This document shows, in pieces, positions 1 through 13,767 of a DNA stretch of 64,000 nucleotides. The stretch lies in NCBI GenBank assembly GCA_004022145.1, contig RCNU01000001.1; one strand, 5' to 3'. The notes beneath the pieces were generated by a model. It was not told where the DNA came from. It saw nothing but the letters and a program-made list of their open reading frames with translations, and did not search any database. Position 1 is the stretch's first letter. Every line of letters starts with the position of its first letter. This DNA comes from Paecilomyces variotii. Taxonomy: Eukaryota. The translations under genes and the position numbers were made by a program.

Positions 1-408
1 GATGCACGACATCGTCGACGTGTGCATGGTCGTACGAATGCGCCCACACAGCCGCAGGCCGTCTTCGTTGGTGGAAGAGTGAACTTGTTTCGGCCCAGAG
101 TGGTATTACCCAGTCGGTCTATGGGGCCTCTGCCTCAAGGGGAAAGGAGATCACCCGTTGGAACACGCCTCGCTGCTCCTTCAGACAATGCTGCTGATCC
201 TTCCGACACAGTCGGACACGGGCAGCGGACTTCAGGATGGAGATCATTATTAACCTCCGCTCGCTCGACGCTGTTACCTTCCTCTTCACCTAGGTCGCCT
301 ATCTCCAGTCATTCTCGCAGAGGATTGCGCCTGTCATCAAATGCAGATACCAGGTCATCGAGAGAGGAGCCTACTCCTCGACAACTCGAGGCAGGCTCCG
401 CCGTTTGA
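1..408 (+). CDS. 3' end of a gene entering from the left; Ser/Arg/Pro-rich low-complexity C-terminus, product unknown
   Basis: Open frame from base 1 to TGA at 406-408; no recognisable domain. Confidence 0.45.
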   Translation, partial: DARHRRRVHGRTNAPTQPQAVFVGGRVNLFRPRVVLPSRSMGPLPQGERRSPVGTRLAAPSDNAADPSDTVGHGQRTSGWRSLLTSARSTLLPSSSPRSPISSHSRRGLRLSSNADTRSSREEPTPRQLEAGSAV

Positions 409-1218
409 GCCAAATGAGCCAAAGGACTCGAATCTCATTGAGGCTACGTGCGCATGACTATAATTGTATTCTTGGGACATATGCCATTTATAAAATCGAT
501 GTTGATATTCGAATGTGAGTGCCTGTTTGACATCCAGTGGCTGTGCATGTTGCAACTGCGTTGCACATCATGCAGGATTTATGTACCATTACCCTCCATT
601 TTTGTTTTCTATTGCTTTGGAGTATATCTGCGTTTTAACGAACATACCATGAGAAAGCTATTTATCTACTTTTCAAATTACTATGCAGTGACTATTCTCA
701 CCCTAAGGGCGGACGGACTAGTACGTTCCCGTAGCTTTTCATCCTAGGTAGAATATCAGTCCTTGATACTCGTGTTGGTTGCGATCTTGCGTTTATCGCC
801 CTTTTGAAGGGTTCTGGACCTGCGTAGCTTTAGTAGTATTCCGAAATTATCGCGTCTTTTCAACTCTAGTATATATCATCATTTAGGGAGTATCTCATAC
901 AATCGATCCTTAAACGGTCATGCTCAAGGTCAGTTAACCTGCTAGGCTGTTAAAGCCGAGGCTTATCTTATCTTTTCTTTTTCTTTCTTTTTTAAAATAC
1001 GAAGAGTGATTATTGAAGTGGGGCCTACCCAATATCATTCTTCGTTTGTATTGGGAGCACAACATGAACATAACTTGAAAAAAGAAGCCTTCGTGCATAA
1101 GCAACTCCTGCTAAACAAGACTCAGATTTGGAAAACACGAGACGAGACGAGTGATATAAACAAACATGAGGCGGCATGTCGAATAGTTAGGTAGTTATAC
1201 AGCTAGCTTCGCAATGGT

Positions 1219-2611
1219 CTACCTCTGCGCCCTCGGCGCTCCAACACCGGCACCAATCACACTAGGTAGCTCCTGTTGCCCTACATTGAACAACATACCG
1301 ATGCCACTGGCAATCGCGAATACGATAGCTAGTGTTATGCCAGCCAGCAGGAAAAAGGGCGTGCTCACATCCTTCTTCTGGCATGCTGGACCACCCCACT
1401 GGATCGTTCTTACACTACCATCCTTGCCTTTCTCCACAGTTTCCACACATTTGCATGCATAGCAGTCGCTTCGAGCGGATTCATCCTTAGAACCATACTT
1501 GCGGTAGCAGTGTCCATGCCCAGAGCAGTTATTCGTAGCTTCAACACACGCAGAATCCGAAAGATAGCAGACTGGCATCAGCGTCGATGGAACTGAGCTC
1601 TCATACCGCGAACCGTGGAGAGACGAGGATTTTGACGAAGCCGCTTGTGACACGGCTGGCTTTAGAGCGCTCTCTTTTGTATCATAACGAGCATTGCGCT
1701 TTTGCTTTGTTGTAACATCCGTCAGGGGCAAGAGAAGGACGGTCGTCTCTTGTTCCGACTTGGCTGCCAGAGACGATAGGTTGTTGAAAAGAGACGACAG
1801 GGTGTTGGACACCGCAGCTTTCTCTTTACGTTCCATCCGAGACTAGATTGAAGGACACTACGTTTAGCGGGGAGTAGTATATAGTCAGGTCTGTAAATGA
1901 CATACCGGGAGTGTGATTCTTAGGATTGAAATTGCTCCATTTTCTTTGCTCCAACTTTCAACCCTTCTCACCGGGAATGATGGAGAGGATCCCCGGCCGA
2001 AAACTTGCAATGCTTCCGGGAAGGCGGTGGTCGTCGAGAGACATTCGCGGGCCTCCGCAGGAACTTCAGCATTGCCATTGCCATTCACATCGAATGCACA
2101 TGTCACGAATGGTCCTCGTTTATCTTGGTTCATTCCAATGAGAGTTTCGAGAGAGTCATCGCTGGCAAATCCTCCTGAAACATGGTGTACGCTGAACTTG
2201 TTTGATTCCGCGTTCGGGACAGCAGAGACTATGAAGGAAGTACTGTTAGCTACAGCTCCCGTTCCACGTTCTGTCAATATTGGACGGACCTAGTTCATCA
2301 TCCACCCCTTCAAGGACGAGAAGCTGTCTTCGCGGATCGTTGTGCTCGTGCGACAAGCCAAAGAGTGATTGTTGTTGTCCTCCAAACTGATCCACATATT
2401 CTACCACTTCATCATCTGCAGAGCCCAGCACGGACTCCTGGAGCATCATTCGTCGTTCTATGATCAATTTTGCTGCATCTTGCGGTAGAGTAATTCCGTG
2501 AGAAGGAGACACTCGCGGTTGCCGGTCAAAGGTATACACCGAAGCATCATACGCATTCGCCCCGAGAGCGGCCACCAAAGAGAGGGCGAACAAGTTCGCC
2601 GTTCGCCGCAT
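1219..2611 (-). CDS. DUF3844-domain ER/vacuolar membrane protein (about 3 exons)
   Basis: Signal peptide (MRRTANLFALSLVAALGANA), C-terminal Cys-rich CxxxTNNCSGHGxC...WGGPACQKKD motif and TM helix; ORFs 2246-2650, 1885-2277 and 1219-1836 joined by GT-AG introns. Confidence 0.85.
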
Positions 2612-3048
2612 TCTGTCGTTTATTCGACTCGCAGATGTATAACAATTCAAGTTGATGCTAGGTGCTGCAATGATTCATCAGTAAAAAGTGGTAACCGCCC
2701 GGCGGCCAGCTTGATTCGAGGCCAGATAAGGTGACGGCCTGCAAGTTGCTCGGCTGAGGTTAGGAGTTGATGCCGGAGAGTAGAGCGGATAGCTAGCATG
2801 GCGTCACGTGCATGGAGCACCTGCGACACCTCCGATGGGCAACATCCATGCTTTGTCCAACGTTGTCAGTTCTAAGTCAGTCACTTAACTCCTGGGCCAT
2901 CTCGAGGGCCGAATTCAACCTGCCTGGGCAAACCCGATAGCCCGCCTTGTTTATTCGCTCCTGTCGCTCATCGCTGTACCACAAGAGCGGACTCAACTTT
3001 TGTCTTTCTCCTGGTCATGAAAACCAGATAAACGGTCGAGGTTACCCG

Positions 3049-4423
3049 ATGCTACAGTTCAGGCGGCCACTATGCCGTCGCTGCTTATATCTTAGGCATA
3101 GTCGGCCATTATCTCAGCGCGCAGGTTTCGCGAATGTTCAGCAGGTAAAACTCAAGAAACCATGGGTCAAGTATGCAGGCTCCCTCTGTGCGCTTGTTAC
3201 GAATGTGACCAAGAGCTAATTGTTCCAAAGGAGGTTCTTCACATCGTTCTTCCTCTATGGCGCTGCATTTAATATATGGTGTTCCTTGGTCCTCCTTCGC
3301 TTCGACGAGGCCGATGATATTGACGCTGAAGATGGAAAACCCCCGAAACCCAACAAGCAACATACGGAGGAGAGTCCGGGCGAAATGGACGACGCGGACG
3401 CACTCTTCATCCCTCTCACCTTGCCCAGTGTTCGGCCGGGCGAACTTTATGCGCCATCAGACCCCGAGTGGAAGGAGTTTGTGAAGATCGCCCGTGATAA
3501 GCAACGACTTCCTGCACTGAGAGGTAGGACCAGCTATATCTGCGCCTCGCCCGTGGCAATCCATTCTAACAGACACAGATGAGTTGGTATCAATTGTATG
3601 GAAGAAGGCTTCTGAGTCCAATCAAATCATACGTGTGCTTGGGGGCCCTCTTACCTTGACTGGGTCCTGGCTTGTTCATCGCTTTCCGTATCGAGCGCCT
3701 CCCCAGTTCGAACTATCAGGGTATGTACCTGTTGGATATTCTTCATCGCTCAATGTTCGGGATGTTGATACGTTGTATAGATTAGAATTTGGTCACGAGG
3801 GCGTCTTGTGGACCTCCAGGCCAATGGCACCTGAACAAGGATCTCGGCTCGTGAAGTGCCTACTTCCGTTTGCTGTAACTCTCGCCATGAAAGATGCGTA
3901 TTTAGTGCTGTGGAGAAAACAGGTCGACCACGTGAAGGAATTTATAGGATTTAATAAACCTGAGCCGATCGCTCAACCTTCAATACCACTCGATCAGTCG
4001 ACTCTTGCAGGGCACACAACAACGGACACAAAGTTTCCTCCTGCCGAAGCAGAAACGCGCATGCGTACGGAAGGTGAGCTTGGGGAGGATATTTCAAAAG
4101 GTGGACAGCCAATCGTACAGCATCCATCAGCAATTATATCCACATTACAGCGACTCCCCAGACCCCAGTTTGGGCCTGGGTCGGATTTACACGAAGCTTC
4201 GGCAGCTTTTAAGAAGAGACTAAAGGAGATATGGAAAAGAGATCCTCAAGTACCTCGGCGCGGTGTATTCTACATGGCTGGTCCTGTCGGCCTAAAGGGG
4301 CCCAAGGGATATTGCAGAATTGAGGTACGGGGTGAATATGACCCTACAACCCGAACTTGGACAGCGGTGTCTATGCAGGTCAAGGACTTGAATCTGAACA
4401 ATCAAAGGGCACTACGTGTCTAG
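3049..4423 (+). CDS. Conserved hypothetical multi-exon protein, probably mitochondrial
   Basis: Arg-rich presequence-like N-terminus (MLQFRRPLCRRCLYLRHSRP); successive ORFs 3220-3582 and 3584-4423 separated by intron-like GT..CTAAC..AG segments. Confidence 0.65.
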
Positions 4424-7119
4424 GTAAAGGTTTAATTTAAAAAGTAATAAGTTAAAGGAATTAAAAAAATATTAAAAAGTCTTGGCCGGGCTCAGCCTGA
4501 GTATCCCATCCCGTTCCTAAAAGTTTGTTTCCTCTGCTTTTCCCTGTGCAGTAGACTCAGTATGCTAGAAATGAAGGTGTTACTAATCGAATAAGAAGTA
4601 GCTATAAGAAAACGTTAGTCTTAGAAGAATATATCATATTAAAGCATATCTCGCCTCTATCTTTGAAGGTCTAGGGCGAAGAATTTACAGCTCTTCGACA
4701 CCTTCAAGGTCTATTGCGATCATTTTAACTGAGAAGACTTTAGTAGAGCTTGTAATAGTCCTTGTAAGGATATAGGGTTTCCACCGCTCTTTGATCATCG
4801 GGAATTACGCTGCGGCGTTGTATGGAGGGATAGTGATATGGAAGCTCTGATTATAGCATCTATAAACCTTGTGATACGAATGCATCCGGCAGGAGACAGG
4901 GATTGGAAATTGCAAACAGTCCCTCAGGTAAATATCCAGCCTCACGAGTTAAGCGGATACACGAGGATTAGTGGAATTAGCATCACTCTTTGTCTTCAAA
5001 CGGGTGACCCAGACTTTCAGGAGATTGGATTCAATTGAGTAGTAGCAGACCTCAAGGGACTTCTGACCATGAGGTGATTTCTCCTTCGGCGTCCTCCATC
5101 ATTCGACCGCAGAAGAGCCATATCGCTAACCCATACAAATGCCCAGGTCGACATTCTAGGTAAAAGTGAAAAAATTACTCGGTTTTCAGGATTCATAAGT
5201 TTCTATTGGCCATGTATGCCACAGTTTGATAGCCCGTCAGAATCACCAGAACGGACAAGCAATCGACATGCTCTTGAGTGAATACCTAACTTAGGAGAGG
5301 AGGGTACAGCAGGTTCGTAGCCGAGGAATAGTCGGTGAATTTGGTACGGAGGACTCATGTGTCGACGGCGTTTCCCCCCAGCTCCGATATTCACCTTGCA
5401 GCCAACTACTCGTGGTATGGTTCTCAGGAAGAATGAATTATCAGGCTACATTGAAATCTTGCCGAAGAATCTAGCTTCTAGAATTCAGCTCTATATATAA
5501 AAGTACTGGTATTGGCAGAAAGATGAAATCTCAGTCCCTCTGGCATTCCTCAGTAATGGGCATTATTCTTCTCTTTTGTTGGTTAGAGACAATACTAGCA
5601 TGAGAATAGTAGTTCATATTATTCTATTCGAGCTAGTCAAAGTTATAGGATTTGGTGGCGTGTCTTCCACCATTTTTGATTTTATGTTATATATCTTTGC
5701 AGCTCCATTTCCCCCTTTACGCTTACGCCTTTGTTCGCCAAATCCACTCTGATTAAAGAGACTTTGACGCTTCTAGTTTCAAGAATCTGACGAAATCTCT
5801 TTCTTTATCCATATTTTGCATACTGTCGTAAGCCAACTCCGCGATATATTGAATGCGGGCTCACGCGTTCACTAAAATTCAATCCACCATCTCCTTAACC
5901 CGCTATTCCGAGACCATTTACCTATCACCTCTCTATATATTAGTGACTTCTCATTTGATATCGGATATCGTTTCTACATTCTGAAACTATCCAGTATGCC
6001 TGCTTTCACCATGAAACCAGTACTGCACACTGTTGCCAACGGAGGATGCGCTTATTGTAGTCGCTCCGGCTTGGGTTTGGGATCTTGCAGCCTATTCTCT
6101 CTTCCTGTGCTCTCAATAAAGGGTATATATAATCATCGGGCGGCCAGCTGCTCTACTTTTTCTTTACACTCTTGACTTCATCGAATAACCACCATGTCTC
6201 CGTCACCCGAACGTGTTCTTCGGAATCAAGGCGGACCCCCTTCCCGCTGCCCCTTTTCTTGTTAAATAAGCTGTTTTAACGTGCCTTGTTGGAGAGAATG
6301 AGAGCTGACAGTGATATAAGCGAAAATCCGAGCTTTTATAGTCACTTTTACCTTCTGCTGTCTGCCGTGTCTCCTGCCTGAACGTGGCAGTATGTCTCTT
6401 GGTGATTCGGCGGTGTTTCCTTTCGACGAAGCTAATTGATATAGCCATGGTCTGTAAACGCAGTTCAGATCGTGATATATCTTTGCTACTCTTGGTCCAG
6501 GTTATCTACAATACATATCTATTTGCCCTGATATCGGTTACCAGGTGCTAAAAGCCTGTTCCTTGACCTTCAGATTAATTGAGAGTCGTATAATCCAGAT
6601 TGTTACGGAATCATCATGGCCTGGTTACTTATTATCAGGCAATCATTTACCCTGCCACTACTTACCACCCTGGATCACATATACCATAGCTTTTATTTAT
6701 TCGGGAAGAATAACTCCTTCGTTGAAGCATTCAGTGTCACATACACATTTAGTTTTTCTGTTACGCTCCCTATTTTTCACAATAGTTATACGTCTCAAGC
6801 TTTGCAACATTATGTAGAAGTGTTAATTGTTAATATAATTACTTCAAGTAAGACCAAAACCTTACAAATTTCTTCTAATCTTGCTATATCTCCTCTGAAG
6901 CAAAAAAAAAAAAAATCTATCAATGCAGCATACTAATGAAAGTCAACGATTTGACAGTTTTTCGTTTCCCTTGGCAGAATATTTACAAGGAACCGGATTT
7001 CTACGATACCTTTATATTACGAGAACGAGACATGCTGAAGTGGACTTTATCTCCTTTTATCAATTTACACACCTGCATCATTTACAACGAATGAGACATT
7101 ACCAGATTAGGGACCCCAA

Positions 7120-7310
7120 AACCGTGTACTACCAAGGGACGAGCTCGAAAACTATTAATATTATTAAGGCCACGCGGAGCTGCGTTCCCAACAATTGTTT
7201 TCGAAGCCGGGTACTCCGAATTATATCCGCAACTTCTTGCCGACAAAGACAGAGATCTATGGTTTAATGGAATCTCTTCGGTCAATATTGTTGTTCTCTT
7301 AGTGGCTATT
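7120..7310 (+). pseudogene. Fragment of a fungal PD-(D/E)xK nuclease-fold-like protein
   Basis: Manual translation FPTIVFEAGYSELYPQLLADKDRDLWFNGISSVNIVVLL resembles the PtvVxEvGySE..L..D..lW motif; no intact ORF around it. Confidence 0.5.
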
Positions 7311-8866
7311 CATATCCGGATATTATATTAAAGGCTGTATCGAATAGGTCTTTCAAAGTATTCTCTCTGCCCTCTGCTGAAATTTCCTTTGACAGAGATG
7401 TCATATTGGATTGATCTTCACGCAAACATGCATCTATGGGCAGCAGGGTCTAAGGGAAATAGCAGAGAAGGTGTTGCTACTCCAAAAGTTCAGCGATGGA
7501 AATTGAGTATTCGAAAGGGGTAGGATTCTAGTTGCTCATTTTGACCCTGAGACAAGACACCATTATATCCTTTCAGTGCTCGTGATGCAGTTTCTATATT
7601 GGCAAGACGACGAAGGAAAAAAAAGGGATGTCTTTCAAGGGATATGCAGATGTAATATGTTGCTATTCTAGATATATCTGATACGGGATCATACCGGTAC
7701 TATCTATGCTGTTCCTCTGTTGATCTGAACCGGATTGTATACCATGTTGAAGGTCGATTCTGCGTCTATCAGAGAAGCTACGAATATACTTCCGCAGTTG
7801 GGAGTCTCCAAATTTAAGTTCTTGCGAACGGCAGAGAGGTCCTCTTACAGATCTAGATATAAAGGAAGGAAGTCCTGACAAGGGCATCTGATACCAAAGA
7901 GAGGAGGAATCTGTATTTCGGGAAGTAGAAGGAGAAAGCACATGAAACAATAATTGTATATCAAATAGCAGGAGTTAGGACTCTCTGGGGAAATTAAGCA
8001 TTCTTTGCACGACGAAGTCAAGCAGCAGTCAGTTCAATAATCATGAGGGAGGACTCCCATTAACAGCAGTATCAGTTAGTAAGTTGAGTTTATACCGAGC
8101 GGATATGATCTAGATATGTATCCTAGATCCAGCTCCAGCTTATGCTCTGCTATTCTTGTACTCCCGGGTATCCTCACCTCACAAGACGGGTTTGAGTAAT
8201 GTTCCTTCTAACGCTTCAGTCACCAGATAAACAGAATACGATACAGCAGAAGCCCCCCTTATCAATTGATTGACGAGAACGGCAGACTATTAACTAGCAC
8301 AGGTCTATATCGGACTTTTCCTGGAGTTGCGCATTTTGGCCCACCAATTCTTTGCGAAGTATAACAGCGCTTAAGTATCACGGAACAAACGTTTAATCTC
8401 TACGGGCTGTTATGCCATGATGGCTTTCTCCAGTTGACCAAAATGGAGAACTGCTAGTTTGTCTGGATCTCTAACATGCCACTTGTAAAAGCTCAGAAAA
8501 AGGAACCCGGGGCAACAGTTCTTTATTGCGGGGCCTTGACGACCCGTATCATGATTCTGGATAGTGAGTTTAAATGATTTTATACTCTGAATTTCAATTT
8601 CATTTCAAAAATGTCGGACCAACCTGTCGAAGATACCCCTGCCGCAGAACTAAGCGCAATTCGTGAGACTATCGAAGCAATGACTCGGCGTTTGCTTCCT
8701 GGAATAGTTCTTTACAGAGTCTTAATATGATGATACGTACCACAGGTGGAAACTTGAACAAGAATATATATGAAATGGCAGTATAGCTACGACAGATTAA
8801 GCTTCCAAGAATCCTCCATGCATACCCCTACAACAATTGCGATTAGATGGTGCCGGCTGGAATCAT

Positions 8867-10313
8867 CTACAGAGCAGTCTCCATCTTGTCCAAGACAGCC
8901 CGGGTGAACTCGTGGGTGCTAGCCTGGCCACCCATGTCGCGGGTTCTCGTTTTGCTGCGGATCCAGAAGTGTTAGTGACACGACAAAATCATATCAGAGC
9001 GTAGTATGAATGCTGATGAACTTACCCCTCGGCGATCACGTCGTACACGGCCTTGGAAATGCGGTTGGCGTGTTCATCGAGACCCAAGTGACGGAGAAGC
9101 ATAGAGCCAGAGAGAATGAGAGCGGTAGGGTTAGCCTGGTCCTTGCCCTTGATGTCGAGACCGACGTGACGGCAACCGGGCTCGAAAACGGCGATGTCGC
9201 GACCAATGTTGCATCCGGGAACAATACCGGGGCCACCAACAAGGGCGGCACCAATGTTGGACAGGATACCACCGTACAGGTTAGGCATGACCATCACGTC
9301 GAACTGCTGAGGCCGGGAGACAGCCTGCATGGAGGCGTTGTCGACGATCATGTCGTTGGTCTCGAGAGTGGGGTAATTCTCGGCGACCTTGCTGAAGGTG
9401 CTGCGGAAAAGACCGTCTGCGAGCTTCATGATGTTGGCCTTGTGGATACAGGTGACCTTCTTGCGGTTGTTTGCCAGAGCGAAGCTGAAAGCAAACTTGG
9501 CGATGCGCTCAGACTTGGCGCGGGTGATGATCTTCAGCGACTCGACGACGCCCTGGACGGACTGGTGCTCCAGGCCGGAGTACTCTCCCTCGGTGTTCTC
9601 ACGGATGATGCAGAGGTCGACATTGTCGTGTCGCGTCTTGTAGCCAGGGATGTTCTTGATCAAAACGACCGAGGCGTAGATGTCGAGCTCCTGGCGCAGA
9701 GCAACGTTGAAAGACTGGTGACCGGAACGCTCGACAGGGGTGTGCAGAATACCCTTGAGACCGAGCTTGTTGCGCTTCAGAGAGGCGATCGACTCCTTGA
9801 ACAGCTCCTCGGAATGCTTGTTGCCGGTGTCAACACCGCTCACGTCGACCTGCTCCCACTCAATTGGTACGTTGTCGGCCTTGAAGATGGTCTTGACGGA
9901 CTCCGCGACTTCGGCACCAATGCCATCACCTAAACAAATAGTCGGTCAGAGGACGCGACCCCGGACAAGAGGAGGCGCAGACCGTACCTGGAATCAGAGT
10001 GACGGTGTATTTACCACCATACTTGGTGGGCTTGAAGATGTCGGACTGGACCGTAGCAAGAGCTAGAACTCGAGGTCAGTTTTGACGGCACGGACAGGCA
10101 ATTGCCTTTCAAACCACGTACTTCTAGACGGAACGGAAGAGCGAGCAAAGTGCGACGCGGTGGAAGCGCCGCGCAGAAGCGACTACACGAAGATAATGTT
10201 AGCTGTGACGCCAAGGTGAAAGCATCAGGCACCGTGCGAAAAAGAACCATCCACAGCGGGAAAGTGGCAGGACAACGAACCTGAGCCGGCTGCGCAGTTC
10301 TCAGGGAGAACAT
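8867..10313 (-). CDS. idh1: Mitochondrial NAD-dependent isocitrate dehydrogenase subunit 1 (multi-exon)
   Basis: IRENTEGEYSGLEH, HKANIMKLADGLF, MPNLYG and FEPGCRHVG motifs; ATG 10313, stop TAG 8867-8869. Confidence 0.96.
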
Positions 10314-10408
10314 GATGGGCGACAGAGTGAGAATGACGGAGGGGAGAGACGAGGAGGAAGGAAGCGTCGAGAGCGCAGCTTGAAGCTACAAGAGAGAGAG
10401 ATCGAGGA

Positions 10409-10430
10409 GTTAGTTAGTTAGTTAGTTAGT
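10409..10430. repeat. (TTAG)n microsatellite upstream of idh1
   Basis: ttagttagttagttagttagt. Confidence 0.8.
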
Positions 10431-11263
10431 AGTCTTCGATACGCGGAAGTGAAGGAAGACCGGAAAAACGGGATCGGGGCAAGTTGCCGCAGCGGGCGAC
10501 TTTCTTTCTTTGCTTCTCACGTTTCGGCTTCGGGCTGGCCGGTCGATGGTCCGTTTTCCGATATGGATCTGATCTCCTCACTGTCGATTCTATTCTAGTC
10601 TAGGGAATAATAATTATAGGATCTGGCCTATTTCGAATATCCTCTTCGTTTCCCTATCATCTTTTTCCTATTATTATCTTCCGCGGGGGTACTTATTGCC
10701 GATATCGCTACTTACTACTTATTTATTGTTATTGAATCTTCCGATCGGGAATGCCAAGAACATCCGATTCGGTATTTACCGCGATATTTAGTATACTGCG
10801 ACTTCTATTGACACTTTCAGTAGATGGCTACATGCGAACTGGGAAGTGTTCTCTACCCTTGGTGGGCCCAGATGTTTGTTGCTCTTTCTTTTTTGTATCA
10901 GTGCTTATTGAGTGCCACTATTGAGTGACTGACCACTGGCAATAACGGCGATATTCAGGATGAATCGCTTATTGCCGTGAATCAGCATCTAATCGAAGTG
11001 ATGGATTAGCTCCTGTCTGAATTATATACATCTTCCCTTCCCAAAATAATCCATGAGGCCTTCTCGTGCCTGGAGATCTCCTAAAATCATGCATCGCTTC
11101 TCTTCCGCGAAGCATTTCTATACAAACGAAATACAAACGGCCATATCTACTTTGAACCCTCAAGTCTTCTCTGTGCAATAATTACTTACAATATCGTGAA
11201 CAACGTTTTCATACTTCCAGTTCTTTCTAGTTCAGATTTGCATTCTCGACCGCTGGTTCGGTC

Positions 11264-11542
11264 ATGAAGTTATCTCCTATCTTTCTTGTCATACTGCTGC
11301 TGGCTATATCGCTCGAGACGACGGCAAGTCCCCTACTTCATCTAGATCGGTGGTGCCGTCGTCCCGGTCAGCCGTGTGCAAGGATAAAGCGTGGAGTCCA
11401 GATATGGAAATCGGAGCTTGGAGCATCTGAACCCAGAGACAAGCAGTCTCTCGCGTTTGGACTCTTCAACAGTCGACCTCCAAGCTCTGCTGATCCATTG
11501 ATGGATCATATTTCAAGGGAAACGTCGACTGCGGTTTCGTAA
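11264..11542 (+). CDS. ppgA: Alpha-factor-like mating pheromone precursor
   Basis: Signal peptide, then R|WCRRPGQPC|ARIKR (WCxxxGQxC pheromone plus Kex2 KR site); position between idh1 and pre10 matches the Aspergillus ppgA locus as I recall it. Confidence 0.88.
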   Translation: MKLSPIFLVILLLAISLETTASPLLHLDRWCRRPGQPCARIKRGVQIWKSELGASEPRDKQSLAFGLFNSRPPSSADPLMDHISRETSTAVS

Positions 11543-12218
11543 GCATTGGACCTGACTATCGGTTGAAGGGGATTGTGGACTGACGGCTAGAAGTAGAGAC
11601 GTTGAACTTGGAGGATCTCAAGGTGCTAGTCACGCTCGATAGAAGCAACTTCCTCTTCATCAAGTTTCTCCTCGGCTTTGTTTCAGCATTTAGTGGAATT
11701 TGGGAATATCCTCAATTTCCAGGGGAATTAAGGGGCTGAGGACGATCTCAAGATTGGCAGACTGTACGTCGGCTTGGCATCAAGAGACGCAAGGTCTTCG
11801 ACCAAGGATACAAGGAAATATCTATGTTTTTGTTACGCTCTTCTTCCACTTAATTCGACGGACTGTTACCTGGAGATTCTTGCATCAGATGTCTACTGTG
11901 GCATTGCTGGAACTGGTCACTTTTGCTTTCCCAGAGGGTAGCACCCATGCAGGTCTGCGTGTATTCGCAGACTACATATGCTCACTTATATTCATTCGTT
12001 CTATGAATAATCTCGTCTCAATCTTATCATCGTAAACATATCGGCGTATTTCGCATCATTATCGACCATAACCAGCTCCAAAGAGCGTATCTTCTCGAAA
12101 CCTAAGAATCACTGTATAGGGTCATAAGGTATGAGTCGTAATACCTCCTCGGACAGCAAGGTGACGTACTGATTCGAGATAGGCATAATTATGTATAATC
12201 ATCCATCGCGCTGTACTT

Positions 12219-12833
12219 TCACCATCCATGACCTTGATATACAGGGTCATACGCCGGGTTATACGGGGCACCAGTCGTGGGTTCTTCCGGCAATGACGTC
12301 TTCATCGAAGACAGTTCATATTCGCGCCGAGCTAGTGCTTCATATCCCGACATAATATAGGGTTCCGCGCCTTCTTCAGTGAAATCGCAGTCGTTGCCAT
12401 TATCAATGTCCATGTCCACATCGGCAGCAAAGGTTTCGCGATCTCCTTTATTCAATTTGTTGGCTGATGGATGCTTCTGTCCCAAGCCCTCCTCTTGTGT
12501 AACACCTTGGGTCATCACCGACGTCTGACTTGGCTTTGATTGCTGTTGTTCAGACATGTCGGACTGAGAGCTAGACACCGACAAGCGTTCGGGATCACGC
12601 TGACCCAACACCCCGAACGAAGGTGCAATCGGTCTCCCATCACCGATACCTAGACATGCTGATGATTTCCAGGAGGAATCATGAAAGCTCTGTAGGGATG
12701 TGCCGGGGAGGGCATACTGAAACGTGCTATGCAGCGGGAAAGTAGTATTATTACCACGATGTGGACTGGTCGACGGAGGCGGGTTGCTTAGAGTGACCTG
12801 TCTAGCAAACAGTTCTGCAAGATGGCTCTCCAT
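12219..12833 (-). CDS. Conserved hypothetical protein
   Basis: 204-aa ORF with LAELFARQVTLS N-terminus and AEPYIMSGYEALARREYE...YNPAYDPVY C-terminal block. Confidence 0.7.
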   Translation of the reverse strand: MESHLAELFARQVTLSNPPPSTSPHRGNNTTFPLHSTFQYALPGTSLQSFHDSSWKSSACLGIGDGRPIAPSFGVLGQRDPERLSVSSSQSDMSEQQQSKPSQTSVMTQGVTQEEGLGQKHPSANKLNKGDRETFAADVDMDIDNGNDCDFTEEGAEPYIMSGYEALARREYELSSMKTSLPEEPTTGAPYNPAYDPVYQGHGW

Positions 12834-13767
12834 CCCTCAAGTATTTCGAAGATAACAGTGCCTAGCTAGATCTAGTGTCAATATCGATAGGTTTGTTACA
12901 AGCAGCCCATGTGGGGTAGAATCCGATGGAGCATAGACATGCAAGCATTGTATGCTGCTCAAAGGTGAAGGAGTACAAGCCACAGATCACTTACAGGGGA
13001 AGTATGAATCCAAACAATATAGTCGAATCTCTATATTCGCCGGAACCTCTGTGTAATCAGGCGTATGTATCTCTTGCAGAAAGATACCAATATTTCAACT
13101 AAACTAGGAAGTTCTGAGACGCGATTAATGGTGTTTTTGCACTGGAAGGAGGGAGAATCTCAAAAGTCCATTCCTGGTGAAATTTTCTAGAATACTATAA
13201 AGATATAAACCAAAAGCAAACCGATAAAGAAAGATGAAGTGGCTTCGCTGCCCAAATTCAAGTGGGTTGGGCGCGAGATGAGGGGCTCCAAAGAGCATGG
13301 GAATTGTCATTTGACGAGGAAGATAATACATCATGGCGTGGCAACAAAATAGACGAAGTAGGCATACAATCTGCCAACGACATGTTTAAGGCACATAAAA
13401 AAAAGGGGAGGATGATATGATTCAATTCCACCGCTATGCAGAACAGTAAAATGTGCCAGGAGAACAATTGAAAGCAACGAGGAGAACATGTCAATGTCCT
13501 GGTCATGTGACCGAGCCTGTACTGACAGGCAGCACCCGTGACGCGCTTAGAAGCTCAGCCTTGTCATGGCCCGCTAGCTGGTCCTAAGTCCCGTCGCTTG
13601 AAGCTCGCGGAGACAGTAACGTAGGTCGCTGTCTTGTCTATGCGTCTCAACGCCATAACTACCTCTCCCTTCCAAAAAACCCTTACCCGTGCTACCTCTC
13701 GTTTACCTCTCTAATCGATCTCTGTCTGTCTCTCGATCAATCGCGCTAGCCCCTTCTATTCGTCAAC

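Noticed and set aside
9010..9933. 307-aa plus-strand ORF
   Set aside because: Antisense shadow of codon-biased idh1.
13335..13348. Possible Rpn4/PACE site upstream of pre10 (GCGTGGCAAC)
   Set aside because: Poor match to GGTGGCAAA.
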